A stretch of DNA of 64,000 bases from Squalus acanthias (Eukaryota). Positions 1 through 12,995 of this stretch are shown here, in pieces (position 1 is the stretch's first letter; every line of letters begins with the position of its first letter). The stretch lies in contig CM059432.1 of the NCBI GenBank assembly GCA_030390025.1, positions 6,386,001 through 6,450,000 on the forward strand, read 5' to 3'. Under the pieces are notes generated by a model that did no database searches, was not told the origin of the DNA, and saw nothing but the letters and a program-made list of their open reading frames with translations. The position numbers were made by a program, and so were the translations under genes.

Positions 1-157
1 AGGAGTTAGATATATTTCTTAAGGCTAAGGGGATCAAGGGATATGGGGAGAAAGCAGGGACAGGGTACTGAATTTGGATGATCAGCCATGATCTCATTAA
101 ATGGCGGAGCAGGCTCGAGGGGCCGAATGGCCTACTTCTGCTCCTATCTTCTATGTT
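1..157 (+). mobile_element. CR1 LINE 3' end
   Basis: CR1-type 3' UTR ggccgaatggcctact...ctatgtt, shared with other CR1 copies in the window. Confidence 0.8.
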
Positions 158-634
158 AAAAGAAAGATGGGATTAAGAGCGATAAAAGAGACAGAAATAA
201 AAAGTTAAAAAAATCATTTTTAGTTTAATTAACTTTTAAAATCTCCAACTATAATTAAAATCTGAAGAAATGAGACTCCACACTTGTAAAAGTTCATTTT
301 CAGTGCCAGAGAGGTTGTCTGGCAGTAATTAAGACTTATCACACCGTTAAAAATTCACTTAGATTTGACAAGCCCTAACTTTTTCTGGCATGATTAGTGG
401 GTATCCAGTGGCTTTGTACCCCAACGCTCATGCCCCTCGTGTTTGAATGCCGACTCTCTCGGCGAGGTACCGGTGTAGCGAAGCTTGTGGAGGAGCAGCG
501 TATCCTGGACAGCAACTTTCTGATTTCTGTGTTTAACTGCACATATGCGTACACCAGAAGTTGTTGTCCGATTTACTCCATAATAACGGTGAGTGCTGAT
601 AGCCTCACCGTATTCTTATCGCAAAATCCGGGCT
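158..634 (+). mobile_element. Right part of a PIF/Harbinger-like MITE (family A)
   Basis: Homologous to 24936-25694 (gaatgagactccacactt...) and, inverted, to 15387-16295; ends in TIR gcaaaatccgggct. Confidence 0.65.
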
Positions 635-1107
635 CATGTGTCGGAATAGTTTTTGGGTTCATGGAACTAGTTACAATCTCTACCTCTGTGATTCATCGCA
701 AGTGTAAAGACTAAGCATAATGTTGAAACTGAAATTGTGGCAGTTAGACAGTGGTGATAGATTGTATATTCTATTTTTAGTGCCCGCTTACATTAAACAA
801 ATATTTGTGGCCTGTGGACCAACCTGTCATCTATTTCTGGTGTTGCAGCTTTTGATAATTTTGACATACAAACTGTTTCTGAATGATTCTTGTAGTTTAT
901 TTTCAGTTTTTTCTGATGAATTCCCACAGTTTAGTACTATTCCTAATAATCTTTACTGTGCTTTTTTTACAATAAGACTTCCCAACATTATTTCCCCAAA
1001 TCTCATGATTCTTTCAAGTCTCATGAGACCTGGTTCTACGTGCCTCTTTAGCCACTTCAATAGAGTTCACGTCTGGTGTGATCTGTAGTTTTTGTGACCT
1101 CCCATCT

Positions 1108-1210
1108 ACATAGAATTACGGAGAATTTACAGCACAGAAACAGGCCCTTCGGCCCAACTGGTCGTGCTGGTGTTTGTGCTCCACACGAGTTTCTTCCCAC
1201 TCCTCTTCAT
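1108..1210 (-). mobile_element. CR1 3' tail fragment
   Basis: acagcacagaaacaggcccttcggccc tail motif. Confidence 0.6.
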
Positions 1211-1273
1211 GGAAATGTATGAATACATTTCTCCTCTGCTCGCCGCTTGTTCACTCTTTCCCCCTCACTTGTA

Positions 1274-1603
1274 AAAAAAAATAATAATTTTCGAGATGTG
1301 GGCGTCATTGGTGGTTGGCATTTATTGCCCATCCTTCGTTGCCCTGAGAACAATGGAGTGGCTTGCTCGGCCACTTAACATTCAACCATGCTGGTGTGGG
1401 ACTGGAGTTGAATGTCGGCTAGCCCGGGTAAGGATGGCAGGTTTCCCTCCAAAAACCCAAATGAACCAGTTGGGTTTTTACAACAATCTGACAATTTCAC
1501 GGTCACTTTTACTGATAGTAACTTTTTAAGCTGAATTCAATTCTCAAACTGCCATGGTGGGATTTGAGCTCATGTTCTCTGGATTATTCCAGGCCTCCAG
1601 ATT
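1274..1603 (-). mobile_element. tRNA-derived SINE (family 2), degraded
   Basis: gcatttattgcccatcc tail and body similar to the other family-2 copies. Confidence 0.7.
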
Positions 1604-1605
1604 AT

Positions 1606-1966
1606 GGGGGAAAAATTCAGTTGGTTGCGCCTCCCGTTAGCGCCTTAAGAGGGCGCTAATGGGGCGCAAAGCAACTAGCGCCCGGGCACGGTGATGTTTG
1701 CGCCGCTCGCAAAATTAACTAGACATTTTGCGGTGGCGCTAAACACTACCGCCACTATCTCCTGCGCCGGCAGATCGTGACGTCAGTCGAGGGGTTTTAA
1801 CAGCGTATTGACTGCTAAAACAAAGGTTAAGGGCCTGGAAAACTAATTTTAATTGTGTGCAGTGTGAAATTTGTCCATTTTAATAAAAATAATGTTTTTT
1901 AAGAAACTGTACTTCGGGGCTAGCAGCGAACGCCTTCACTTTGCTGCTGACTGCAAATTCCGGACC
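1606..1966. mobile_element. Short GC-rich Harbinger-like MITE
   Basis: Imperfect TIRs gggggaaaaattcag / ctgcaaattccggacc; internal hairpin ttagcgcc...ggcgctaa. Confidence 0.5.
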
Positions 1967-2336
1967 AATGTGTCTGATCTTCACTAGGGAAAACTATCAA
2001 AGCTCGTAAGGTTTGTTCTACTTGTTAATATTAACGCTGGGTACCTATCTGCCTGTATCTTTGTAATGACAGAATATGGCAGCCCTATTTGGAAGACTGT
2101 ACGGTAAATCTGCTGTTTCCTCCTTGACGCTATATGGACCAGTGCACTTGATGTACACAGTCCATGCTCTTCAAAATTAGGGAGATTTCACCAACATTTA
2201 GCAAAGCACTGTACATGCATCAAGTACTTGTGTTCAGTTGTCTGATTTTAAAAGCGGTGCAAAGCTGGCAGAAGAATTGGTCAAGCAAGTATCTACGTAT
2301 GTAGCCGTTGCGGAATAGAAAATAATAGCCCGTGAT

Positions 2337-2491
2337 CAATGTTCCCGTTAAGCTGCGTAGTGGCCTGGAGGTCCCATGCAGGCCTCTCGCCGGCTTTACA
2401 ATGGAAAAACCGCGCATGCACGGAAATTTGAATGGGCCGCGCAGCCCGTTGAAGGGGGCTACGCACCCAAAAAAAATTAGCGGGAACATTG
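2337..2491. mobile_element. hAT-type MITE, 155 bp
   Basis: 15-bp TIR caatgttcccg(t/c)taa; perfect 8-bp TSD CCCGTGAT at 2329-2336 and 2492-2499. Confidence 0.9.
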
Positions 2492-3484
2492 CCCGTGATG
2501 TCTTTCAACTATTGTTCATTAATTTATTTTTTGCATTTCTAATACTGAATATTACATGGTGCAAAAATCGTGGAAAATAACTTAATGTGTTTTAATTTTG
2601 TTTCATTTAGTTATGCTACAGTCTTTCAAGGGCTGTAACAAGGTTGATTTGCTCAGCGCTGAACTGTATTGCCCCCCACATCAGTGGTTGTTAGTTTAGT
2701 ATGAGGGGTGGAGAATTGCATGTTAATGGTGCATGTTAATATTACTTGAGGCTGCAGTTACTTCATTGCCTTTCTTTTAAACACAGATATAATCCTCAGG
2801 GAATTGACTTAATGTGGTTTATTTAGCTTTTCCTTGTTTGGAGACATTTACTGATAGATTATGTTTTGCTCCTAATTGATGTAACTATCGCGTCCAGTTA
2901 ATGCAGTCTGATGTCCCTCGTATTCCTTCAGCAAACTGGCACAGACTCAGAAGATGAGCAGTCAATCACTATCTGTTTGTTTATTTTGGGATGTGTTTGC
3001 TGTTCTAAGAGTCTGACAGAGTCTCTTGCTTGGTGGGGCAGTTCAATTAGCCCCGATGGAGGGGACACGACTGACTTGTTTGAGTTGTTGGAGATTGTTT
3101 TGTGAGCAAACTTGTAGACTAATTTGAGCGTGGATAGAGTTTCTGATGTTTTATTTAACAAGGCTACAGTTTACCCTGGTCTAAAGATGCTTGGGTCAGA
3201 AACTGCTGCCATTTTTGGTAATGTAGTGTTCTTATTTGTATTCTGTGATTATTTGGTTAATTCATTTATATAAAAAAGGGTCTTGATGACATGGAAGACA
3301 AATGCATTCCTGTTGGTTTTGTTCCTCCAGCTAAAACTTTGAATCATTTTTAGTGTATTGAAGGAACATTTTGGATTTCTAATGGAAGATTTCAATATTT
3401 TATTAAATATTTACAGATGTCTGCCTGAGAGAGGATCATGAAGCTCAGTTAAAGTTTTGCATCTATATAAAAATGATGCCTTCA

Positions 3485-4666
3485 AGTTCCTAAGACTGCA
3501 TACATTATATTCTTCCAACATTTTTTTTAAAAAAGGAACTACCAATGACTGTAACCTTCCAGTGTTTGGAGTTGCTGCTAACTTTGTTGAGGTATTTTAG
3601 TAATGTTCATTGTGAGCGAAGTTCTTCATTGTTCATGAATGTCGTCTGAACCACAAGTCTGTATTAAAGTTTGTAACTCACTCCGTTACTGTGTATGCTA
3701 GGTAACATAACAGTTGATCTTTGAGCAAGAATTCTCAGAGACTTTATTAATCATATTGAAATATTCAGTTGTACTTAAAGGCAAAGGGACGTCTAGGGGA
3801 GCACTTCTTAATTTCCTAGTAGTGATCTGCCATTAAGTATCTCCATGTCTTTATGGGTACTGCAATGACCTAATTGATGGGGAGAGACAACAACTTGTGT
3901 TTATATAGCGCCTTTAACGTAGGAAATCGTCCCAAGGCGCTTCACAGAGGTGGAATCAAACAAAAATTGACAATGAGCCAAACAAGGAGATATTAGGATG
4001 GGTGACTTAAAGCTTGGTCAAAGAGGTAGGTTTTAAGGAAGGTCTTAAAGGAGGAAAGAGAGGTGGGGAGACGGAGGTTTAGGGAGAGAATTCCAGAGCT
4101 TAAAGTCTAGACTGCCGAAGAGGTTCGGTAACATAGTGGTAATGTTACCGGACGAGTAATCCAGAGGTCTGGGCTAATAATCAGGTGACAAGAATTCAAG
4201 CCCCACTACGGCAGCTGGGGAATTTAAATTCAGTTAATTAAATAAAAATCTGGAATAAAAAGCTAGTATCAGTAATAGTGACCATGAAACTACCAGATTG
4301 TCATAAAAACCCATCTGGTTCACTAATGTCCTTTTGGGAAGGAAATCTGCCATCCTTACCTGGCCTGTATGTGACTCCAGAACCACAGCAACCTGGTTGA
4401 CTCTTAACTGCCCTCTGAAATGGCCTAGCAAGCCACTCAAGGGGAAATAGGGATGGGCAATAAATGCTAGCTTTGCCAGCGAAGCCTGCATCCCTTGAAC
4501 GAATAAAAAAAAAAGTTACCAATGGTGGGGCGAAGTGAGTGGGAATTCACAAGAGGTCAGAGTTGGAGGAAAGATTAATTCCTTAAGGGGGGGTTGTAGG
4601 GCTGGAGGAGGTTGCATAGATGGGGAGGGGCGAGGTCATGAAGGGATTTGAACATGAGGATGAGAA
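3485..4666 (+). repeat. Donor copy (A) of a local inverted duplication
   Basis: Reverse complement of 12996-14753, including ~350 bp of non-repetitive sequence. Confidence 0.95.
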
Positions 4667-5185
4667 TTTGGAGGCTGGCCAAGAGAGCATTGGAATAGTT
4701 GCGTCTGGTAGTGACAAAGGCGTGGATGAGGGTTTCATCAGTAGATGGTTTGAGGTAGCAGTGGAGATTAGCGATTTTATGGCAGTGGAAGAAGGCAGTC
4801 TTTGTGATGGAGAGGATATAAGGTTGGAAGCTCCGCACGGGGTCAGAGATGCTTAGATTGCGAACAGTCGGCTTCAGCCTGAGACAGTGGCCAAGGATGG
4901 AGATGGGATCAGAGGTGAGGGTACAGAGTTTGTGGTGAGGGCCGCAAATGATGGCTTCAGTCTTCCCACTGTTTAACTGGTCGAAATAGCAGCTTATTCC
5001 GGGCTGGATGTCGGACAAGTAGGCTGGTAAGAAAGAGGCAGTGGAGGGGTCGAGACAAGCGGTGGAGAGATAGACTGGGTCTCATTGGCCTACTTATGGA
5101 ACCTGATGCCATGTCTTTGGATAGTCACGGAGGCGCAGCATGTAGATGAGGAGAGGGGGCCAAGGATAGATTCTTGGGGGACTGG
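3886..5185 (-). mobile_element. L2 LINE 3' portion, interrupted by a SINE
   Basis: L2 tail (ttatatagcgcctttaacgt...cccaaggcgcttcac); ORF remnant ETLIHAFVTTRRNYSNALLA. Confidence 0.85.
4121..4514 (+). mobile_element. tRNA-derived SINE (family 2) nested in L2
   Basis: tRNA-like head (ggtaacatagtggt...ttcaagcccc); gggatgggcaataaatgct tail followed by an A-run. Confidence 0.85.
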
Positions 5186-5437
5186 AGTGGCTGTATTGAA
5201 TTTAATGGGTGTCATAACTTTGGACTGTTCTGGGAGCTGATCCACAGTTATTCAACTTTTGGGAATACACAACACAATTTAACAATGTGGTAACAAGAGG
5301 TGAACAATCTTGTGACACCTGTTATTGCATCTGGTACTTTGTCGTTTGACAATATGGGGATTATACCCCATAAAACGCTATGCTGACTAACTCCATTAAA
5401 GCAAGAGCTGGATGAGCACCAGAATGGGATTGAAATA

Positions 5438-5792
5438 CAGGAAACTCTTTATTAACCGGGACCGGCGTGGTGCCGGTTAATCAAAAAGTCCGGATAACGG
5501 AGAGTTATATCTCCCAACGTACGAGAGCCCCGTACACATTGACATGCGCCTGCATTCGGAGCTCCGTCTCCCCGGGGACCGCCAGCTGACCATCTGTCGT
5601 GTCCGCTGCCTACCCGGGCTGCACATTCCCCTCCCAATCTACACGCTCCGATACAAGGCAAACGCCTCGGGGTTTTTTTTAAAGTTAATTTTAAACGAGA
5701 GATGAAGGAAAACCCCGGTTACCTACTCAAGAATTTTGCCGGTTAAGAGAGATTTCCGGATATTTGGGTGCCGGTTAATAAAGAGTTTCCTG
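5438..5792. mobile_element. Tc1/mariner (pogo/Tigger-like) MITE, 355 bp
   Basis: Perfect 22-bp TIR caggaaactctttattaaccgg flanked by TA on both sides; repeated subterminal ccggttaa motifs. Confidence 0.9.
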
Positions 5793-6342
5793 TATGTTAA
5801 TGAGAGATCGGGATGATTAGCTGCTGTACAAATCATGATCCAGCTTGAGATCATGGGAATGTCATCATGGAGTTCAACTGCTCAGAGTTGCATTGTGGAG
5901 ACCATATTACCTTGGAGCTTTTATTCGACTATCTTTAGCCGATCTTGGGGACAGTCATGATTAACATGGCCATGTGCCATGATCTGAATTTTCTAAATGG
6001 AGTTATTGCACTTCATTGAGGCAGCACATTTTCATTTAATGAAATGAAAACCGAATTGTAGTGACTCCAGATGTTCAACAAAACTTTTAGACATCTGCCT
6101 TGCACATAATGTGATCCAAATAAGAACCACTCTTCACTTATTTTCAAGTTTGTATAAGCAGTGAGACAAAATAATAATTCAATGGAAACCACTTCTTTGT
6201 TCTAATTGAAGATGAAAAAAAAATTCTAATCCAGTTCAATTTAAAGGTTGTGCAATATGTGTATAAATGCATGCAAATGTTTCGGTTGTTGCAAACAATG
6301 TTCCCTTGGTGTGGCTTATCCAGATTTGTTGTTGTTTTGCAG

Positions 6343-6463
6343 GATGATCACGAGAGCTGTGGCTCCAGTTCAACAAACCGCAGCACGACAGAGAGCATCA
6401 AATCATCAGCTAAAACTCGCCGCATCCAGCAAGTGACCTCAACTGACCCCGACTTACCCCCGG
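6343..6463 (+). CDS. VPS13B: VPS13B coding exon (human exon 4 equivalent), DDHESCGSSSTNRSTTESIKSSAKTRRIQQVTSTDPDLPP-G
   Basis: ttttgcAG acceptor and GTgagt donor; 121 bp; peptide matches recalled VPS13B DDHESCGSNSTNRST...DPDLPPG; its phase-1 end joins the next exon. Confidence 0.96.
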
Positions 6464-7089
6464 GTGAGTGACGAATGAAGGGATGTGACCGGGGGTGGGG
6501 GGGCATTTGAAATGTTTGTGTGTGATGATGCATATTTAGATAATAGATATATAGCCATTCATAATCTAGAAAATATTGACAAGAAAAGGTGCAATGATAA
6601 TACTATGGTGATCAGGTCTGACTCTTAGATGCCCGAGAGACAAAGTTTTCAATTACATTTGTTTGTTGACTGACACTGAGATAGGCAAGAAGTGTTTACC
6701 CACTGTCTCTTGTGTGTAAGCTTATCTTCCTTGTATCTCTTTTCTACCCTCTCCCCTGAACTGAATAACACATTTTACACAAAAGGAATTTCGCCACAGC
6801 TAGTTGTACTAACATAGGTCTGACCCACCTGGTATCAAATGTAGGCCATTACAATGCACGTGAAGACAAGTGTCTGAAATAGGACTGATAGCCAGACCAT
6901 CTCCTATTGGCGAAATGCCTTAGTGCTGAGGTAGCGCACTGTTTTATAAGTGCAACTCGTCAATTAAATAGAATCATATATTCATTCAATGCTGTGCATA
7001 CAATGCTGCACTCTGTCAAACATAGTTTATTATAAGATGTGTGACATCTAAGAAGTAGTCTTGTACTAACTCCTTCAGTAGCTGATGTA

Positions 7090-7650
7090 CTTCACTCTGC
7101 TGAAACCCTCATCCATGCCTTTGTTACCTCTAGACTTCACTATTCCAACCCACATTCTACCCTGCATAAACTTGAGGTCATCCAAAACTCTGCTGCCCCG
7201 TGTCCTAACTTGCACAAAGTCCCGTTCACCCATCACCCCTGTGCTCGCTGACCTCCATTGGCTCCCGGTTAAAATTCTCATCCTTGTTTTCAAATCCCTC
7301 CGTGGCCTCATCCCTCCCTATCTCTATAATCTCCTCCAGCTCCACAACTCTTCGAGATATTTGCGTTCCTCTAATTCTGGCCTCTTGAGCATCCCTGATT
7401 TTAATCGCTCAACCATTAATGGCCGTGCCTTCATCTGCCTAGGCTCTAAGCTCTGGAATTCCCTCCCTAAACCTCTCCGCCTCTCTTTCCTCCTTTAAGG
7501 CGCTTCTTAAAACCTTCCTCTTTGACCAAGCTTTTGGTCATGTGCCCTAATTTCTCCTTATGTGGCTTGGTGTCAAATTTTGATTTATAACACGCCTGTG
7601 AAGCACCTTGGGACATTTTACTACGTTAGAGGCGCTGTAGTTGGTGGTGG
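7090..7650 (+). mobile_element. L2 LINE 3' fragment
   Basis: PITPVLADLHWLPV...RYLRSSNSGLLSIP...GRAF...KLWNSLP followed by the L2 tail. Confidence 0.88.
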
Positions 7651-8217
7651 TGTTGTCCCATATTAGTGTGGCCCCCTTGCAACTAAAGAAATACAATTGC
7701 TCGGTCATAAAATTCAAAGAAACAAAGGTGTATTGAAACAAGAGTTAAAATTACTTAGTAAATGCAATATATTTGTTTTCTGTTTATGAACAGTCAAGAA
7801 TATAAATTTAGCAGTAAGATCATTAACTGAACTATATGGCTATCAGATAGCATTTGTGATCCTGTGGGTATCCTATCAACCGATTACATTTATCCATTGC
7901 TTCCAAACAGAAGCACTGAAGTGAAAATGATCTTTTATTGCTGCGTATCCTCCAATGAGTTCTGAATTATAAACTGTAATTGGGTAATTTAACCTATTGA
8001 ATGTGCAGCTTTTTAGAGTAGGTGTAAAACACAAAACTGAATGGCACTTTTGAATTCGGAATAACAATTGGGTTCCAGAGAGTGGTGGTTTTAAATTTGC
8101 TTGATGTGGTATTCTCAGCTGTGGGTTGGTGTGCTGAACTCCTAAGTATTTTGAATGGTTGCTGGGATACAATGATTGAATTATTTTGAAGTCGAGACCT
8201 CAATGTGGGACTCGCGA

Positions 8218-8410
8218 CCACATGGCGTAGTTGAGGCGAATAGTATAGATGCCTATAAGGGGAAGCTAGATGAGGGAGAAAGGAATAGAAGGATATGCTG
8301 ATGGGGTTAGGTGAAGTAGGGTGGGAGGAGGCTCGTGTGGAGCATAAATACCGGCATAGACCTATTGGGCCGAATGGCCTGTTTCTATGGTGTAAATTCG
8401 ATGTAGTTCT
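8218..8410 (+). mobile_element. CR1 3' tail fragment
   Basis: gttgaggcgaatag...gggccgaatggcctgtttct. Confidence 0.7.
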
Positions 8411-8802
8411 GTCTAAAGACCGTCCTATCGGGGCCTCTTAATTAAGTATATGCAAAAAAAAGTGAGAAAAGACCATCGGGCCCATCAAGCTTGCCCATCC
8501 AGACAATCGTACAACTACATACACCATTAACCCACCTGCTATCTATGTAAACTCCAGCACAAGAAATTTTGCAGGTTCTGTAGCTCGGGAAATGCTATCA
8601 GCATTGAAGAATTCAATTGAAATTCTTGTCAACTTCTAGGATGTTTATCAAGCGGCTGTCTGTTGTTGTGGTCATACTCAGCTTCAGTACTTGCACGTCT
8701 GCACCTTGATCTGGATATCTGGGTTTTCTCTGCGGAGATGCTTGGATTGCTGTCCAGAGGAATTCAGTGTTTTGGGATCAGACTTTTCTATTTAATAAAG
8801 GA

Positions 8803-9122
8803 TGCTTTCGAATGAGACGTTAAACTGAGGTACCTTCTCCTCTTGCCGATGGACCTAAAAATCCCATGCACTATTTCGAAGAAGAGCAGGGGAGTTATCC
8901 CCGGTGTCCTGGCCATTATTTATCCCTCAATCAACATTACTAAAAAACAGATCATTTGGTCATTATCTCGTTGCTGTTGTGGGAGCTTGCTGTGCGCAAA
9001 TTGGCTGCCGCGTTTCCTACATTACAACAGTAACTATACTTCAAAAGTACTTCATTTGGCTGTAAAGCGCTTTGGGACATCCTGAGGTCGTGAAAGGTGC
9101 TATATAAATGCAATTCTTTTTC
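8803..9122 (+). mobile_element. Deu-domain SINE (SacSINE1/AmnSINE1-like), 5' truncated
   Basis: Deu core gatgagacgttaaac...ctatttcgaagaagagcaggggagtt; L2-like tail. Confidence 0.85.
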
Positions 9123-9289
9123 TCTAAATCTTTCTTGAGCAGGAAAGTCTATTAAAGTTTTCTTCTCCTAGTCCACTGGAGTCTGCTCAGCTTTGCCACT
9201 TTTTCCTGCTTCCATTTCTTCCTGTCTTAATCTCACCCCCACCTGCTCTATTCCCGTGTTCTCTGTATGTCGTTAGTATCTGTAATTTC

Positions 9290-9482
9290 TCTCATTATGC
9301 TGCCTATCTCATGTCGGTATATTTTTTCCCATCCCTCTTCCCATTGTTCTGTTCCTTTGTAAATGCTGTTCTTTCTTCCAGTTTTGACAAAGGGCCAACA
9401 TGTGACACATTAACTCGTCTGTTCTCACCACAGAAGCTGACTGATCTATTGAGCGTTTACAGCATATTTGGTTTTTATTTAA
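9290..9482 (+). mobile_element. Degraded Penelope-like terminal fragment
   Basis: ttgacaaagg...ttaactcgtctgttctcaccacagaagctg...gagcgtttacagca resembles the reverse complement of 58001-58130. Confidence 0.45.
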
Positions 9483-9824
9483 AGTTTTCTTCAATGCGGT
9501 GGCAGCCATTGCTACAGTTCAGGATTGGAGACTTCTTTGTGAGCTCCTGAAATTAGCCTCCGGTCCTAGTTACCAACCTGGAGTTGTCATGCTCTGCAAT
9601 TAGACCAAGCTTTTAGTAGTGGACCACAACATTTTGTTGCGGAATCTCCCTGCAGAATGACAAGGTCCAAGGTATTTAGACACCAAAGGGCAGTTTATTG
9701 GTTGGATCGAGGAACAACCCTATGGGTCTAGGTGACCAATTTGTTTGATGGACCATCCAGCTGTAAATGGTTTTATAAACTATCAAGGTGAGATCCATTC
9801 CTGAGTGCTTTGTTTTTGTTTATT

Positions 9825-10567
9825 GGCCCAGAAATTGATCTCGCTCTGTTCCCGCGGGGGTAAGGCTTTCCCGCGATCTCTCACCTCGCTTGTGCTTTTT
9901 CAGATCCAGCTCGCACGAACTTGATGTTCTAGAGATCAGCTGGGCAGTGCTTGCGTATCCCAGCGGCGTAGTGAATTCGTGCGAGCTGTGGGATCACGTG
10001 ACTCAGAGCCAATGGCAGCACACCATCTTCCATTCATAAGTTTCACAGCACGGCTGTTAAATCTATGAATCTTACAACCCCCCAAAATAACAGCTAAACC
10101 TCAATTAAATAAAAAAAAAAAACCATCACATTAATAAAATAAGTATAGTTAATTAAATTAACCATTTTAAATAAAAAATTAAATTTTTGAAAAAATTTAA
10201 AATCTTTTAAAAAGTTATAAAAATAAACTTACCTGTCTTTAAAGTCTCTAAAAAAGATATACCTGTTAAAAAAAAAAATTCAAAAAAATACTTAATTCAC
10301 TACTTACCTTCTTAAAAGTGGGTCTTACTCCTCCTTTTTACATTTCCAAAATCTTCCGTACTTACCTGCGCGTCCAAAGCATGAAGTGCACAGCGTGCGC
10401 GCAGCCTGTAGCGCGCACGCGATGCACCGAGGACCCGCCCCCTTTTCTGAAGAGCAATTGCCGGTTTTCAGCGCATGCGCAGGGCATGCAGAAAACCGGC
10501 AATTGGAGTGGGAATACGCGAGAGTACGCAGTGCGTACTCTCGCGTCCTGGGATCAATTTTCGGCCC
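9825..10567. mobile_element. PIF/Harbinger-like MITE (family B)
   Basis: TIR ggcccagaaattgatc / gatcaattttcggccc; 3-bp TSD ATT/ATT; GC-rich hairpin ends and an AT-rich centre. Confidence 0.8.
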
Positions 10568-10570
10568 ATT

Positions 10571-10983
10571 ATTTATTAGTTCATGGGATGTGGACGCCAC
10601 TGGCAAGGCCGACATTTATTGCCCATCCCTAATAGACCTTGAGAAGGTGGTGGTGAACTGCTGCGGTCTTTGTAGTGCTGACTTTGTCGTCATAGTGGTT
10701 TGGTATATTGCTGTGGGTCTGGAGTCGCATATAGGGCAGACCGGGTAAGGATGTCAGAGATGGCACAAAAGACATTAGTGAACCAGTTGGGTTTTTATGA
10801 CCATCTGGTAGTTTCATGGTCACCATTATTGATACTAGCTTTTTTAATTCCAGATTTATTTTATTAACTGAATTTAAATTCCCCACTGCTGCCGTGGTGG
10901 GATTCGAACACACATCTTCGGATTATTAGTCCGTGCCTCTGGATTACTAGTCCAGTAACATAACCACTATGCTACTGTACCCC
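10571..10983 (-). mobile_element. tRNA-derived SINE (family 2)
   Basis: Complete head-to-tail match to family 2 on the minus strand. Confidence 0.85.
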
Positions 10984-12282
10984 TGTCTCTAATGACATTT
11001 GGAATGATTTCTGGTACTGGCACCACCACAATGGGAAGAGACAATTTTGTTGCCATTCCCACTTCCCCAAAAATGACTGTGTGAAGGCCAATGAGAGGAC
11101 ACTTTGGAAATTAGGCAGTGTCTTTCCAGCTCTTCAGATAACTTTGCTAAATCCAGGTTGCCTTGTTTTAGGAGTATGGACTTGAGTGCAATCTGTGGGT
11201 ATTTGTGTCTCTTTGGGGAGTACCCGTTTGCTATGACTTCTTTCAACGGCTGCTACATAACCCTTGAGTACTCGAAGATGTGTGTGGAGGGTGGAAATGA
11301 ATCCCTCCTTATGGTTTGGGGAGGTGTGGTTTTCAGAAGACCAGTGACTTTGTGCACCTGATCGGATATCGCTTCACTCATAGGATCTTCTGTCGCAACC
11401 GAGAAACGGATGTAGTTCCCAAACCAGACATTGTCTCATAAAGAGCCTAGTTGCTGCTTTCTTAAAGGATTTTCATGATCTGGAATTCAGCTGGTAGTTA
11501 ACAGTTCATTTTTCTGTAATTAATAACAGTTCTTCATTTGTGTAGTTTCCACACAAGAGGCCTTGTTTTGGATTCTTTCCTCGTAACTTTTCTCGTGTTA
11601 GCTGCAGTGTTTTTCTTTATTCTTTAGCTGTTATATACACGGCCCTTTGCTTTGATAATTTTTATTAGTTTAGTAGTGTGCTTTACATCTGAAGTCTTTT
11701 TCTTTGCTACAAAGTTCCTGTGGTTTTTCAGTATTTTTTCTTTTGCCTCTAGTCCCCCATTCCTGTCAGTTGCATTTGGTGAGAAATGCATCTATCGGGT
11801 ATTATTATCCTGATTTGAAGTTTCCATCCTTGTCTCTCTGCCAACGGCATAAATCCCTTGCGGTGGCTGAATTTAATTACTGCACATCTGCCATCAGGCC
11901 CTTTCAGCACAAGGCTGTCACCAATAGTGTCTGCGCTGTCTTCACACATTGCACAACTTAAACCGCTTGGCATGTTCCAGACTTTGAAGAAGGCGAATGT
12001 TTGTTACAAAATATTGATCCTGAACGAAAGGAAATCATTGTGTGATGGCGTCACATTGTACTAGTATGTTACAGTTCACTTTGCACTTGAAATGCAATGC
12101 TGTGCATGCATCAAGGGCATGGTAGACTGAAGTATAGGACATGATAGCTAGTTTACTTCAAACATGCCAACTGGATTTGGTTCTGCATTCATTCATAGGA
12201 TTGGGATGCACATACATTCCCTGGCCATTATCTGAGACCATTAAAGCTACCTTACAGCTGGAGCAAAGGCCACTTTTTCATC

Positions 12283-12518
12283 TTTTGGATGAGACGTTAA
12301 ACCGATGACCTGTCTGCCCTCTCGGGTGGACGTGAAATATTTATCCCTCAATCAACATCACTAAAAGCATTATCACATTGCTGTTTGTGGGACATTGCTG
12401 TGCACAAATTGGCTGCCGCGTTTTCTATCCAACAACAGTGACTACAGTTTAAAAGAAAAAGTACTTAATTAGCTGTAAAGTGCTTTGGGACGTCCTGAGG
12501 CGCTATATAAATGCAATT
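12283..12518 (+). mobile_element. Deu-domain SINE fragment
   Basis: ggatgagacgttaaacc core and tail, with an internal deletion. Confidence 0.8.
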
Positions 12519-12995
12519 CTGCCGCCTTTAAGGATTCAGACATCAGCTTTGGGTTGATCTGCAACGTAAGTATCTTCGATTTATACTTCATTAAAAAGGG
12601 GTGTTGCCTGCGGAGTTGAGACACCCAGTGCTGTCCTTCTGTACTAGCTGCAAAATATTGGCTGAGTCTTCAGTTCTGGAGGAAGCCATAGACTTCAGTC
12701 TCCAGTTGTGGTATCAGTTTCAGTTTTGATGAAAACTGACCTGGAATGATGCAGGTTTTGAGTCTCCTGAACAGGAGGTCCAGATTTTTTTAATTTATTC
12801 ACGGGATGTGAGCATCGCTGGCTCAGCCAGCATTTATTGCCCATCCCTAATTGCCCTTGAGTGGCTTGCTAGGCCATTTCAGAGGACAGTTAAGAGTCAA
12901 CCACTTTGGCGTGGGTCTGGTGTCTGGCGTCCCATATAGGCCAGGTAAGGATGGCATATTTCCTTCCCTAAAGGACATTAGTGAACCAGATAGGT

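Noticed and set aside
2911..3161. Overlapping short ORFs in unique sequence
   Set aside because: No homology recognised and no coherent splice pattern.
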